Positions 20,062-31,000 of a stretch of 64,000 nucleotides of DNA are shown in pieces. Source of the DNA: Planctomycetota bacterium (GTDB taxonomy: Bacteria > Planctomycetota > UBA8108 > SXIK01); contig OZ244999.1 of the NCBI GenBank assembly GCA_965223265.1, positions 64,001 to 128,000 on the forward strand, given 5' to 3'. Position 1 is the stretch's first letter; each line of letters starts with the position of its first letter. The translations under genes and the position numbers were made by a program. Below the pieces are notes generated by a model. That model had not been told where the DNA came from, did not search any database, and saw only the letters and a list, made by a program, of their open reading frames with translations.

Positions 20062-21372
20062 TCACAGGAGGTGGCGGGCCTTGATGTCAAGATAGCGATT
20101 GATGAGCGCAGGGGAGAGCTCGCTCGGCAGGACCTCAAGCATCAGCGCACCGCTGGTACGCAACTCCGCGAGGGCGTGAGCTTGACGTGACATGAGTTCT
20201 GCTGCGCCCGCGACTTCAAAGGCTTCGATCTCGTCCTCCGGTGTGGACGTCGCTAGCGTGGCCAGGTCCGTGTGTCGCAAGAACACGCACAGCATTAAAT
20301 GGACGCCGGTGATTCTTGGCAGATACTCGCCGATCGTCTTGAGGTGCTGCTCGTCCATGGTGTGGGTTACGAGAATGACGAGCGCACGCTTGCGCTGAAA
20401 ACGCAGGAGTTCGTCGCAAGCGTGTCCGTAGTCTGAGATTTCCCATTGCGGCGCCAAGTCGAAGATCTGAGGGACGAGTGCCTGCATAGCGGACCTGCCT
20501 CGCAGGGGGCCAACGTAGCGGTGGGTCCGGTCTGAGAAGGCGAGAAGAGACACATAGTCGCCCTGGCGGAGCGCGACGTGGCTTAAAATCGTCGCCGCAT
20601 TCAGAGCCAAATCAAGGTGCGAGACGCCTCCCGTTTCGTTGCGCATCGATCGTCCGCAATCAAGGAGTATGACGACGTTCTGGTTGCGCTCGACATTGTA
20701 TTCGCGACTGATGAGGCGCCGCATCTTAGCCGTCGCCTTCCAATCGATGAAACGCATCTCATCTTCACGGCGGTACTCCCGCAACCGCTCGAACTCGCCT
20801 CCGAAACCTCTCAAACGCCAGAAGTTGACGCCGACGTCGGCCAGCCGATTCTTGGTTGCGAGCAGCTCGAATCGAGCCACTGCGCGGATATCAGGGTAGA
20901 TCCTCACAGCTTTGGGAAGCTCTCGGTATTCGGTTCGAACCCACAAACCGAATCGGCTCGGGTAGCGAAGATAGACTCCGTTGAACGTTCCCCTCCCACG
21001 TTCGTACGGCGTGATTCGGTATACGGCCTCGCGCTCTCGCCACGGTGGTAACGCTAACGTCACGGGATGGTGCTGCAAGCCGCATGGCTGCGGTGGTGAG
21101 TCGGCAAGTTCGAGACTTACCGGTAAATTCGACCGATTGATGGCGCGTAGGAGGACCGGATTGTCGACACCGACACCGAGGACGTCTGGGACCTCGCGTT
21201 CGATCCCAATGAGGCGAGGACTCGGTGTCGTCGCGAGATCGATCACCGCGACGGCGATCATTAGACAGTTGAGGGTCACTCCGACAACCACGAAGAGATC
21301 GAACCACGCAGAAACAGCGAACGCCACCACCGCGACGGTCGCCATCAAGATGAGAGTGCGCCCCGGAATCAC
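20062..21372 (-). CDS. DUF58 domain (VWA-like) protein of the MoxR operon
   Basis: EFERLREY...IDWKATAK...LLDCGRSM; GTGA overlap with the MoxR stop. Confidence 0.88.
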   Translation of the reverse strand: MIPGRTLILMATVAVVAFAVSAWFDLFVVVGVTLNCLMIAVAVIDLATTPSPRLIGIEREVPDVLGVGVDNPVLLRAINRSNLPVSLELADSPPQPCGLQHHPVTLALPPWREREAVYRITPYERGRGTFNGVYLRYPSRFGLWVRTEYRELPKAVRIYPDIRAVARFELLATKNRLADVGVNFWRLRGFGGEFERLREYRREDEMRFIDWKATAKMRRLISREYNVERNQNVVILLDCGRSMRNETGGVSHLDLALNAATILSHVALRQGDYVSLLAFSDRTHRYVGPLRGRSAMQALVPQIFDLAPQWEISDYGHACDELLRFQRKRALVILVTHTMDEQHLKTIGEYLPRITGVHLMLCVFLRHTDLATLATSTPEDEIEAFEVAGAAELMSRQAHALAELRTSGALMLEVLPSELSPALINRYLDIKARHLL

Positions 21373-22328
21373 GACCGCGGCACCTCGACGGACTCGAGGA
21401 TCTGGCCGATGACTTGGTCGGCCGTCACGCCTTCGATCTCGGTCTCTGGCCGCAGTGTCAATCGGTGTCGTAAAACGAGTGGGCAAATCTCCTTGACGTC
21501 ATCGGGGGTGACAAAGTCGCGCCCGTGGCATCCGGCGAGCGTCCGGGAGGCCAAGAACAGATTGATACTGCCGCGCGGGCTCGCTCCGACCGAGACCGAG
21601 TGCCACTCTCGAGTTTTCGCCACGATTCTCGTGATGTAGTCGACCACGCTCGGCTCGACGATCACCTTGGAAACAGCTGTTTGAATCTCTCCAATCTCCT
21701 CCTTGCGAAGTACGGGCTCGACCCCGAACGTCTGGATGTCGCGCGAGTCTTTGCCGGCCCCTAGTCGCGCGAGGATTTCCGCTTCTTCTTCGGGGCTCGG
21801 ATAGTCCATGAGCAGCTTAAACATGAAGCGATCCACCTGCGCCTCTGGCAAGGGATAGGTGCCTTCGTGCTCAAGAGGGTTTTGCGTGCCGATGACAAGA
21901 AATGGAAGGTCGAGTCGGTGAACCGTGCCGTCGATCGTGACTTGCCGTTCCTGCATTGCTTCGAGGAGCGCAGACTGCGTCTTCGGCGGTGAGCGATTGA
22001 TCTCGTCAGCGAGAAGAAGATTGGTGAAGATCGGTCCAGCGTTGAAGTGGAATCGATTCTCGCTCAGGTCGTAGACATTGTGCCCGGTCAGATCTGAAGG
22101 CATGAGGTCGGGCGTGAACTGCGCTCTTTTGAATTCGCACGACACGATGCGGGACAGAGTGTTGACGAGCAAGGTTTTCGCCAGGCCTGGAGCACCCTCG
22201 ATCAATACACTCCCTTCGGAGAAGAGTGCAACCAGGGCGGCCTCGGCGACTTCGGCTTGGCCGACAATGACTTTGCCGATTTGTTCGAATGATGCCTCGA
22301 AGAGCCGCGCTACGCGCTCGAGCTCCAT
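21369..22328 (-). CDS. MoxR family AAA+ ATPase
   Basis: EGAPGLAKT, QFTPDLMPSD, LLADEINR, EGTYPLPEAQVDRF. Confidence 0.93.
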   Translation of the reverse strand: MELERVARLFEASFEQIGKVIVGQAEVAEAALVALFSEGSVLIEGAPGLAKTLLVNTLSRIVSCEFKRAQFTPDLMPSDLTGHNVYDLSENRFHFNAGPIFTNLLLADEINRSPPKTQSALLEAMQERQVTIDGTVHRLDLPFLVIGTQNPLEHEGTYPLPEAQVDRFMFKLLMDYPSPEEEAEILARLGAGKDSRDIQTFGVEPVLRKEEIGEIQTAVSKVIVEPSVVDYITRIVAKTREWHSVSVGASPRGSINLFLASRTLAGCHGRDFVTPDDVKEICPLVLRHRLTLRPETEIEGVTADQVIGQILESVEVPRS

Positions 22329-22364
22329 GCGGTGCTCCTTTCCGGGGTCAATAGCGGTGGCAAT

Positions 22365-22430
22365 CCCAACGCCTGCAAAAAGTGGCGAGTCGAAAGCGGT
22401 TCCTGCTGTCGGTTCTTTGCAAGGGTTGGG
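22365..22430. repeat. REP/MITE-like palindrome, copy B
   Basis: CCCAACGCCTGCAAAAAGTGGCGAGTCGA...TTTGCAAGGGTTGGG. Confidence 0.75.
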
Positions 22431-22468
22431 ACAAGTCTTTTCGACCGGGCAACCGGCCTGGAACGGAT

Positions 22469-23650
22469 CTACAGTTTGTCGCGGATCTTCGCGATCGAGC
22501 GAATCAGTCGAGTGGCTTCCGAAGAAGAAATTCGATGAGAAGCCAGTGCTTCGGCTACGTCAGAAAAAAGCTTCTGTACGACTTTGAATTCGACTTGCGA
22601 ACGATTAGAGAGGCAGGTGTGAAAACTTGAGTCGGTAAGCAGCGTACGTAGTTCACCGCGTGTGCGGCTCCAAAGTCCGAGCTCCGCGACCTGCTGGCGG
22701 AAGAACTCGACGAAAGACTCTAACGCATCGAGATTTGCCCCACGTCGTAGGTGCAGATGTCCGAGAGCGACTGCATGCTCTCGAACGCTGCGGCGTTGGA
22801 GATGCGGGCTCTGCTGCGGGGCACCGAACGATCGGCTTGCAGACCAGAGGAGAAGGACCACGATCAACAATATCTGCAGCGTAGTCCTGCGGATCGCCGG
22901 ATCGAACAGGACGGTAATGCCGCGTGGCACCCCGCTTGCGTTGAGTGACTCGTCAAACAGAATCCACGCATCTTCAAGGACTAGTGAGTTCAGAATCTGC
23001 GTCGCGAGGACTCCTGCTTTCTGTTCACGGTCGGCCAACGCTCGGTTGGTGAAGACTTGGTCCGATGCCGCAACCACGATCGAGCCGAATCCGATGCGTT
23101 CGCGAATCACCTGTGGTTCTCCGTCGACTGACATGAGGACCTCCGCTTCGGTGCGAAGATCATCGAACTCGGCGACGACCTCCCACTCATAGTCGACATC
23201 GAAGATTCCTGCGACATCCGGTTGGCGCGCGTCTCCCTCTGCCTGGGGAGTTCTGGTGTCGTCGCTGTCGCCGCGCCGGGAGGTCGTCAACTCGATTCCG
23301 AATCGTGGTATCTCGACCGCTGGAGTGATTCTAGAAACTGCAAACAGGAGCTGTCCGCCGCTTTCGACCCATTCGTAGAGTTCATTCCATTCGCCCCGGT
23401 CTGGATACCGCGCCGGCCCCAGAATGAGCACCACGTCCGCATAGAGCGCCTGACGGAGCGGTTCGCTGTTTCTGTCTGTGTACCTATGAAGACGCTCGGT
23501 CAACTCATAGAACGCACTCTTGCCACTTCCGGAGTGACTGAACGAGTCGCTCGACGTGCCCGAGAGATTTGGCAGCCACCAGATCCCGAGACCTATCAGC
23601 AGCGCGCAGCCGGCGATCCAGGGTAGCTCTTGACGATTCGCTTTGATCAC
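22469..23650 (-). CDS. DUF4350 domain membrane protein
   Basis: N-terminal TM, WVESGGQL, FTNRAL, FDES, second TM followed by FG; operon context. Confidence 0.7.
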   Translation of the reverse strand: MIKANRQELPWIAGCALLIGLGIWWLPNLSGTSSDSFSHSGSGKSAFYELTERLHRYTDRNSEPLRQALYADVVLILGPARYPDRGEWNELYEWVESGGQLLFAVSRITPAVEIPRFGIELTTSRRGDSDDTRTPQAEGDARQPDVAGIFDVDYEWEVVAEFDDLRTEAEVLMSVDGEPQVIRERIGFGSIVVAASDQVFTNRALADREQKAGVLATQILNSLVLEDAWILFDESLNASGVPRGITVLFDPAIRRTTLQILLIVVLLLWSASRSFGAPQQSPHLQRRSVREHAVALGHLHLRRGANLDALESFVEFFRQQVAELGLWSRTRGELRTLLTDSSFHTCLSNRSQVEFKVVQKLFSDVAEALASHRISSSEATRLIRSIAKIRDKL

Positions 23651-23656
23651 GACACT

Positions 23657-24523
23657 TCAGCTGCTCGATGAATGGCCTGTGGACGACGCTGGAGGCGCGC
23701 CAGTGCTTGGGTCCGCGGTCGGCTCGTCGGGAGCTGCTGCGATCCCGCGTTCGTATTCCAAGAGGCATTCCTCATACAGGCGCTCTGTGGCCGCTCTGCG
23801 TCCGAAATAGAGTTCGTCAAAGCGTCGCACTATCGTTGAGAAGCTGCGGAGGAGGTCGCCGTGCCGTCGTGCAGCGCGTACGTAGTCTCGGTTTGTCAAA
23901 CCGCGACGGTAGCGGATCCACTGACGGCGCTCGAGAGTGCTCATTCCCGCCAGCAAGAGCTCGCGGGTCGCATCGCGGTAGTTGCCGGCGCTTGCGAACT
24001 CGGCCGCTCGTGAGGCGTAGTGATCGGGGGATTGTTCACCTGGTGGAACGATGACATCGAGCGCCGCAAGGCCGCCTTGAGTCGCTACTTCGAGTATTGG
24101 ACGACTTAGAGAGCCAGAGTGTCTCGCGATGTATTTCGCGACCACGTAGATCAGCAGAAGAAGCACTGAGAAGGCGGCCACGAACGCTAGAACGCGAAGA
24201 ATCTGTGGCAGCACCGCGAATCCAGAGACGGAGCCCGATGAAGAGCCTGATGAAGAGCTCGAACCATCAAAGAAGTCCCACAACCAGTCGTAAAAAGACT
24301 GTAACCACGACGATTCGCTTTCGCGCTTGCCTTCCTCCGCCTCAATCTCTTTCTGCCTGAGGTGGCGATATACCTCGCTCGCCAGAATGTCCTCGAGCGT
24401 CGACTCGATCTCAGCGACCGTCGCTTCGTGGAAATCGCTGGCAGGGGCCGAGCCACAACAGGTGGCTGCCATGACCATGGCGACCAATCGCCGTTTGATT
24501 GAGGTTGATCTACTTGCCCTCAT
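23657..24523 (-). CDS. DUF4129 domain protein
   Basis: GNYRDATRELL...TNRDY...FDELYFG. Confidence 0.75.
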   Translation of the reverse strand: MRASRSTSIKRRLVAMVMAATCCGSAPASDFHEATVAEIESTLEDILASEVYRHLRQKEIEAEEGKRESESSWLQSFYDWLWDFFDGSSSSSGSSSGSVSGFAVLPQILRVLAFVAAFSVLLLLIYVVAKYIARHSGSLSRPILEVATQGGLAALDVIVPPGEQSPDHYASRAAEFASAGNYRDATRELLLAGMSTLERRQWIRYRRGLTNRDYVRAARRHGDLLRSFSTIVRRFDELYFGRRAATERLYEECLLEYERGIAAAPDEPTADPSTGAPPASSTGHSSSS

Positions 24524-24559
24524 GGAAAATCACAGGTGTCGCTTGGGCCCGTTGTGCAC

Positions 24560-25411
24560 TCACGTCGATGTTTTCAGGCGCTCGGCTTCCGCCTTGAGCG
24601 CCAGTTCTGCATCCCAGCCTTCGGTTTGAATTCTCTGCTCGAGGTAGACGAAAAAAAGCGGTAGGCGTAGCAGAGGGTACAGGAATCCTCCAGTGGCAAA
24701 AAACGACACGACGAATCGTGCGTCGCTCACCACGAACTTCCAAGACTGTGGGTCGTCGGGTGTGAGCCGTCCCGTCAGCAAAGGAAACGAGAACAACAGA
24801 CCCGATAGAATGTCGATCGAAAGGAACACGATCCACCAAGACGTCAGATAGAACAGCCCAACATTGAACCGGTTCTGGCCAGTTGAGGCTACGTTACTGC
24901 GCAAAAACCTGACACGCTTCTTGAAGCGGTCCCCTCTTAGACCCTCGAGAAGTACGACTTCGCCCACACCGTCAACGTGGCCGGAGGCAAGAAGTAGGAG
25001 AGGCACGTAGAGAGACACTAAGACGGGCGAAGTGGCGTAGAGTGCAGCGCCGAGCAGGGTCAACAGCAAACGTGGCAATGTGAGCGAGAGAAAAAGCGGT
25101 CCAATGTTTTGTGTGACGACGCGGAGAGCGTTCGCGGTCGTGATGTCGTCGCCGAAAGCCCGCGGGCCGACCATCGCCACCAAGGCCGCGCCGAGAAGTG
25201 GGGCGTAGAGGTAGAAGATGACTCCGCTCGCGAGTAATCCATGGTCGGAGAAGCGGCAAACGCAGTATTGGATGGCTCCAGTGGTCGCGACGAAAGCTGC
25301 ACACACGCCCGCTATGCGGAGAAAGTCAGTTTGGTACGTGCGGACGCCGAGATCGATGCTTTCGCCGATCGTCCGTCGTTCGATTGGAATCGTAACGCTG
25401 TCGAGCTTCAT
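24560..25411 (-). CDS. Uncharacterised membrane protein of the MoxR/DUF58 operon
   Basis: RRTIGESIDLG N-terminus, YLEQRIQTEGWD C-terminus, multiple TM; ATGA-coupled to the upstream gene. Confidence 0.7.
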   Translation of the reverse strand: MKLDSVTIPIERRTIGESIDLGVRTYQTDFLRIAGVCAAFVATTGAIQYCVCRFSDHGLLASGVIFYLYAPLLGAALVAMVGPRAFGDDITTANALRVVTQNIGPLFLSLTLPRLLLTLLGAALYATSPVLVSLYVPLLLLASGHVDGVGEVVLLEGLRGDRFKKRVRFLRSNVASTGQNRFNVGLFYLTSWWIVFLSIDILSGLLFSFPLLTGRLTPDDPQSWKFVVSDARFVVSFFATGGFLYPLLRLPLFFVYLEQRIQTEGWDAELALKAEAERLKTST

Positions 25412-27279
25412 GGGCGGGCTCTGCCGGAGAGTGCTAGGTAAGCGACGACGACGAGCCAGAGTAGCGCGCCAACAGCATACTTGATCGTGTTGTTGTATTC
25501 GCCGCCGATTGCTGTCGGCGACCAAAAGCCTTCGATGATCGCGGCTACTGCCAACATCACTCCAGCGCCTGCAGCGAGGCGCACAGCGTCTCGACCCCGA
25601 GCTTTGAGCGCATCGATCCTGGTGCGTGGCTGCGGCCGGACGACGGCACTTCCGAGGATTAGCCCCGCGGCGCCGGCAACAACGATTGCGGTCAACTCGA
25701 ACGCACCGTGGCCGATCACAAAGGGGAGGAATCTCGGTCCGTGTCCGTAGCCGATCACAAAGGATGTGATGGTGCCCAAAACGATACTGTTATAGATCAA
25801 GAAGAAGACGGTCCCGACACCGAAAAGAACGCCGGTAGCGAAACACCTAAAGGCTATCCCCACGTTGTTGTAAACGTAAAATCCAGCCATCGCTGCTTCG
25901 GCGCCGCCCTCATGATCATCCCACGAGTCCTCCGAGTACATCTCTTCCATCATCACCAAATGGTGCGCCGGTAGTACGCGTCCTGCGATCGTCGGTTCGT
26001 TCCAGACGGCGAGGCCAGCGATGACTCCGGGGATCGTGAAGAGTGCAAACGACATCCAGAAGAATCGAGCGTTGGTGCGGAGTAACGTTGGAAAGCCAAA
26101 CGCAAGAAAATGGAGGACGTCACGTAAGCGCCCCGGTGGGGCGCGGTAGAACTGGTTGTGCCCGCGGCGGGCAAGGTTGTTGAGCCGCTCCTCCAACCCC
26201 GATCCCCACTCTCGTGAGCGTACTGTGGCAAGGTCATAGCTCACCGCACGCAGCAAACGTGAAAATGCGGCGAGTTCCTCACCGCTAAGTCGCGCGCGGC
26301 GTCCACGCTCGATACGATGCAAAAGCGTGTCGAATTCCTGCCAGGCGTCGCGGCGCGTGCGGAGGAATCGATCCCTTGCAGCAGAGCTCGAAGGCGCGTC
26401 GACCGCGTTGGACGTTGTCGTTAACGGAACCTCTGAACTCCTCGCATTCGCCTCTGCCTGAGCTTTTGATCCGACGTATGATTTATAGATCCTGGCGAGA
26501 AACACGCCCGGCTTGTCGTTTTCGCTAAGCGGGATCATGAATCGAGAGGCGAGGGGCGCAGCGAGGACGCCGGCGATCTCATCGGCGCGCCGCGGGTGAA
26601 GGTTTGGCGCGCGAACGAGAAATTTTTCGATGGTCAAGATTGTCCGTTCGGGAATCGGCGGTCCGGAGCGAATGACTTCAGGCGGAAGCGGCTCGGCGGC
26701 GTCATACTGCTTCCATCTTGGGCCTGGTCGCGGTGTTGGCGTTTCGCGCACTACAATGGTGCCTGCGACGATGTCCCCAAGGCGCTGAAAGCGCCCCGAG
26801 CAGAGCACCGATACGAGCCCGACGCCGTATCCAAACGGCAACACATCGGCGGCGCGCAGTAGATTCCTCAACATAGAGTCGTAGAAACCCACCGGGTATC
26901 CTTCGACCTTGATCACGCGCAGTCGCATCAAGTGTTTGCCAGGAGTTTTGCCGTGCCAAAACGCCTCGAACCACCACGCATAGCACCATTCGAAACAGAA
27001 CAGCAGAAGCAGCATAGAGGCGCCGGCGAACGACTCATCCCCCATCTTCACGAATAATGAAATGACGACGAGTGCGACCAACGTCACAGCGGCCCGAACG
27101 AGGAGGTCGATCACGTAGGCTCCCATTCGACTGCCCGCTCCCGCGAGTCGAAAGGAGAGCCAGATATCTTCTGGGGTCTCCGCGCGCACCAGCGTATCGA
27201 CGTAGGCCGGCAGCGCGGAGTCGGACTTTGCTGCCTTTGTTCCTACGGCTCTTTCTGCCTCAGCGGATGGTGCGTGCAA
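25408..27279 (-). CDS. RDD domain + SpoIIM (DUF95) domain fusion membrane protein
   Basis: RMGAYVID, GKTPGK, QRLGDIVAGT (RDD); NNVGIAF, HGAFEL, AAIIEGF (SpoIIM). Confidence 0.85.
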   Translation of the reverse strand: MHAPSAEAERAVGTKAAKSDSALPAYVDTLVRAETPEDIWLSFRLAGAGSRMGAYVIDLLVRAAVTLVALVVISLFVKMGDESFAGASMLLLLFCFEWCYAWWFEAFWHGKTPGKHLMRLRVIKVEGYPVGFYDSMLRNLLRAADVLPFGYGVGLVSVLCSGRFQRLGDIVAGTIVVRETPTPRPGPRWKQYDAAEPLPPEVIRSGPPIPERTILTIEKFLVRAPNLHPRRADEIAGVLAAPLASRFMIPLSENDKPGVFLARIYKSYVGSKAQAEANARSSEVPLTTTSNAVDAPSSSAARDRFLRTRRDAWQEFDTLLHRIERGRRARLSGEELAAFSRLLRAVSYDLATVRSREWGSGLEERLNNLARRGHNQFYRAPPGRLRDVLHFLAFGFPTLLRTNARFFWMSFALFTIPGVIAGLAVWNEPTIAGRVLPAHHLVMMEEMYSEDSWDDHEGGAEAAMAGFYVYNNVGIAFRCFATGVLFGVGTVFFLIYNSIVLGTITSFVIGYGHGPRFLPFVIGHGAFELTAIVVAGAAGLILGSAVVRPQPRTRIDALKARGRDAVRLAAGAGVMLAVAAIIEGFWSPTAIGGEYNNTIKYAVGALLWLVVVAYLALSGRARP

Positions 27280-27356
27280 CAGACACCCCAGTCGGTCAGT
27301 CTCACACGGCGACGGGCGACGAGCACCGGTCGATCAAGCCCGACCCGTGCGACGAT

Positions 27357-27536
27357 CCCGGCGCCTGCAAAAAAAAGCGTGCAAGAAGGACGAAGAACGC
27401 GTTTCGACACGCAGCAGTACGTGGAGAGTTCCTCACCGTAAGTGAGCATTGCCGACGTAGCTCAAACGTTGAGAATGGCGTGTCGTTCGCCGAGCCGGAG
27501 GCGTTTCTTGCCGTCATCTTGTTGCAGGCGTTGGGG
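27357..27536. repeat. Long (~180 bp) MITE-like member of the palindrome family, copy C
   Basis: Ends CCCGGCGCCTGCAAAAAAAA / TTGCAGGCGTTGGGG. Confidence 0.7.
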
Positions 27537-27544
27537 GGATGACT

Positions 27545-27606
27545 CCAATGCCTGGAACGAGTGGCAACAGGCAAAGTCCCGCCTGCCATTCGTTCGTCGG
27601 CGTTGG
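27545..27606. repeat. Degenerate palindrome, copy D
   Basis: CCAATGCCTGGAACGAGTGGCA...TGCCATTCGTTCGTCGGCGTTGG. Confidence 0.6.
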
Positions 27607-28035
27607 CATGAGAATGCCGCAGGTTTCCACAGTTCGTTGAAAGAATGGCTCCAGTAGTCCTCACCAACTCTTCGCACGAACAACGACGTACTCTACTGAT
27701 TCGGCGGCGGGGATGCAAACTGCCGGTCGCGCCCACGGTCCTCTGGCAGGGCTCGGTCAGCGCCGCGGCATTGAAGCTGGTCCGATCGTGGAGTTAAATA
27801 GAATGAGTGGATCCGTTGCCTTGCAAACACCGTACTGTCTGAACTGTGACGCGACGAAAGAGCTCGTGAACCGTTTCCGAGCGTGAGGTATAGGTTCTGC
27901 GAGTTCACCGGTCGACCTCGACGGGATCGGCGCCTCGCGCGTGAACGAGCAGGTGGCCGAACCGGCCTGACCCTCCCGAACAGGATCCAGCGGACGCGAA
28001 CAACGACCAAGCATGCTTTCGCCGAAAGTGAGTCC

Positions 28036-31000
28036 GTGAAAAATTTGAACCGACTCTTCGTAGCGCTCTCGATGGTTTTAGCGATCCTTGCCGATTCCGG
28101 CGTCGAAGGGTCGCCGGAAGTGTTCTTCGAAAAGACCATCGCGCCTCTCTTAAGTCGCCACTGCGTCGAATGCCACAGCGAGTCGACGAGCAAGGGGCGT
28201 TTGGCGCTCGATAGCGTTGAGGGGCTTACGACCGGCGGCCGGCGCGGTCCAGTCATCGTTGCGGGCGATCCCGAGGCAAGTCGACTCTACCGGGTTCTCG
28301 TCGACACCAAGCCACGGATGCCGAAGAACGCCCCGCCTCTCGAAGCATCTGACGTCGACAGCATTCGTCGGTGGATCGTCGATGGTGCCGTGTGGCCGGA
28401 GGGAGTGCAGCTCGAGCCCGAGGAAGTTGACCTCACGGATTGGTGGTCGCTACGACCACTCTTGCGACCATCGATTCCGCACGCGAGCGCAGCCGTTGGC
28501 AAGACGACGCGCAACCATCCCATCGACGCTTTCCTAGAGGCGAAGCGGCACGAGCTGGGATTGACGGCTTCGCCGCGCGCCGATCGTCGGACGCTTCTCC
28601 GCAGGCTCTACTTCGATCTGATCGGGCTGCCTCCGTCACCAGCGGACGTGCGGAGATTTCTCGACGACACAGATGAAGGCGCGTACGAGCGGCTCGTCGA
28701 TCGACTGTTGAGCTCACCACGTTACGGTGAGCGCTGGGCGCGTCACTGGTTGGACGTGGCGCATTACGCCGATACGCATGGCTACGATAAGGACAAGCCT
28801 CGACCCAACGCTTGGCCTTATCGCGATTACGTCGTGCGTGCTTTCAACGAGGACAAGTCGTACGGCCGTTTCATTCGTGAGCAGCTCGCCGGGGACGAGC
28901 TCTATCCGGGCACACTCGACGGTGTGGTTGCGCTTGGTTTCGTCGCCGCCGGACCGTGGGATTTCATCGGCCACGCCGAGGTGCCGGAGACAAAGTTGGA
29001 CGGGCGCGTCGCACGGAACCTTGACCGCGACGATATGGTGACGACGGCGATGAACGTGTTTCAGAGTACCACCGTGCAGTGTGCTCGCTGCCACGATCAC
29101 AAGTTCGATCCGGTGACGCAGCAGGAGTACTACAGTTTGCAGGCGGTGTTCGCGGCGGTAGATCGCGCCGATCGTCCTTACGACACGGATCCAGCGATCC
29201 TGGCTCGGCGCCAGCAGCTGCAGCGCGAAAGAACGCGGTGGATCGGCTGGCTGCATGAGTTTGACGTTACCGTTCGCGAGCGAGCGGGCGCGCGACACGC
29301 CGAGCTGGACGAGGCCTTGCGCCAGGCTCGCAATGACATCCGGTCGCGACGCGGTGCCCGCGGTTTCCACAGCGAGATCTCGACGGAGCAGGATAGCGTC
29401 AAGTGGGTTCAGGTCGATCTCGGCGCGGCGTATGTGATCGAGCGTGTTGAATACGTCGCCTGCGACGATGATTTCAACGACATCGGTGCCGGATTTGGCT
29501 TTCCGCTGCGTTATCGCATCGAACTTTCAAGCGATCCGGCTTTCGAGTCGTCCGTCACGATCGTAGATGCCACCACGGCCGACGTCCCGAATCCCGGAGT
29601 CGACGTGCAGATGGCTGCTGTGGCGGCTGGCACGAAAGCGAGGTACGTGCGCGTGACCGCGACAAAGTTGACGGCGCGTCAAGATGGTGAGTACGTTTTC
29701 GCCCTCGCTGAATTGGTCGTCACCGGACGTGACGGCAGTAACCTCGCAAACGGTGCGGAAGTGGCCGCATCGGATGCGATCAGCGTGGAGAAGCGGTGGC
29801 GGAAGGAATACCTCGTCGACGCTTCATACCCTGGCCTGAACTCGGAGAAAGCGCCGTCAAAGCGGCGCCATCGATTGCAATCGGAACTGAACGCGTTGCG
29901 TGCCGAGATTGCCGGGGAAAGTCTCGCCGCCGATGAGCGGCGCGTGGCGGACCGGCTAGCTCAAATCGAAGCTGAGCTCAGCTCACTGCCCGAGCCGCAG
30001 CTGGTCTACGCGGCGACGATTCATCACGGCCGCGGCAGTTTTCGAGGCCGAGGACCGTTCGGTGGCGCGCCACGCGAGATCCGGGTCCTCTATCGAGGCG
30101 ACCTCCGGACGCCGGGTCCGGAGGCGATTCCGGCCGCGCCCCGCTTTTTCGACGAGCCTTCCGGGCGCTTCGAGCTAGACTCCGCGCATGGCGAGAGCGA
30201 GCGGCGGGCGGCGCTGGCGGAGTGGCTTGCGGATCATCGCAACCCTCTGACCTGGCGCTCGATCGTCAACCGCGTTTGGCATTATCACATGGGGCGCGGC
30301 CTCGTCGATTCGCCGAACGATTTCGGCCGTATGGGGCAGCGCCCGAGTCATCCCGAACTTCTCGACTGGTTGGCGGTAGAGTTTCGCGACGGCGGGCAAT
30401 CATTCAAGCGCCTGCATCGCTTGATCGTGACCAGTGAAGCGTATCAGCAGTCCTCCGCTGCCGACGAGTCGAAGACGCGCATTGACGGTGGAAACGTCTA
30501 CCTGTGGCGCATGAATCGGCGGCGCCTTGAGGCGGAAGCGACGCGCGACTCGGTGCTTGCTGTCAGCGGGCAGCTCAATCGGCTCATGTACGGTCCGGGA
30601 TTTCGGTGCTTTGTTCTCGAAAAGCCCGAGCACTCACCGCACTACGAGTACCATAAACACAACCCTGCCGACGAGCAGACGCACCGGCGTTCGATCTACA
30701 GATTTATCGTGCGCTCGCAGCCTGATCCATTCATGCAGTCGCTCGATTGCGTCGATTCGTCCCAGAGTGTTGCGAAGCGCAACGAGACGTTGACGGCTCT
30801 TCAGTCGCTTGCTCTGCTGAACAACAAGTTCATGCTTGCGATGGCAGCCGAATTCGCCGCACGTCTGCGGGCCGCCTCCGACGTCCCCGAAGAGCAGTTG
30901 CGGGCGGGTTATCGCCTGGCGCTGGCGCGCGAACCGACGCCAGAGGAACTGCGGGACCTCGTGGAATACGCGTCGGTCCATGGACTGGAGAATGCGTGCA

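Noticed and set aside
27610-28030. Pseudogene or small gene in the intergenic region before the cytochrome c gene
   Set aside because: Only short frames with no recognisable family; cannot be supported without a search.
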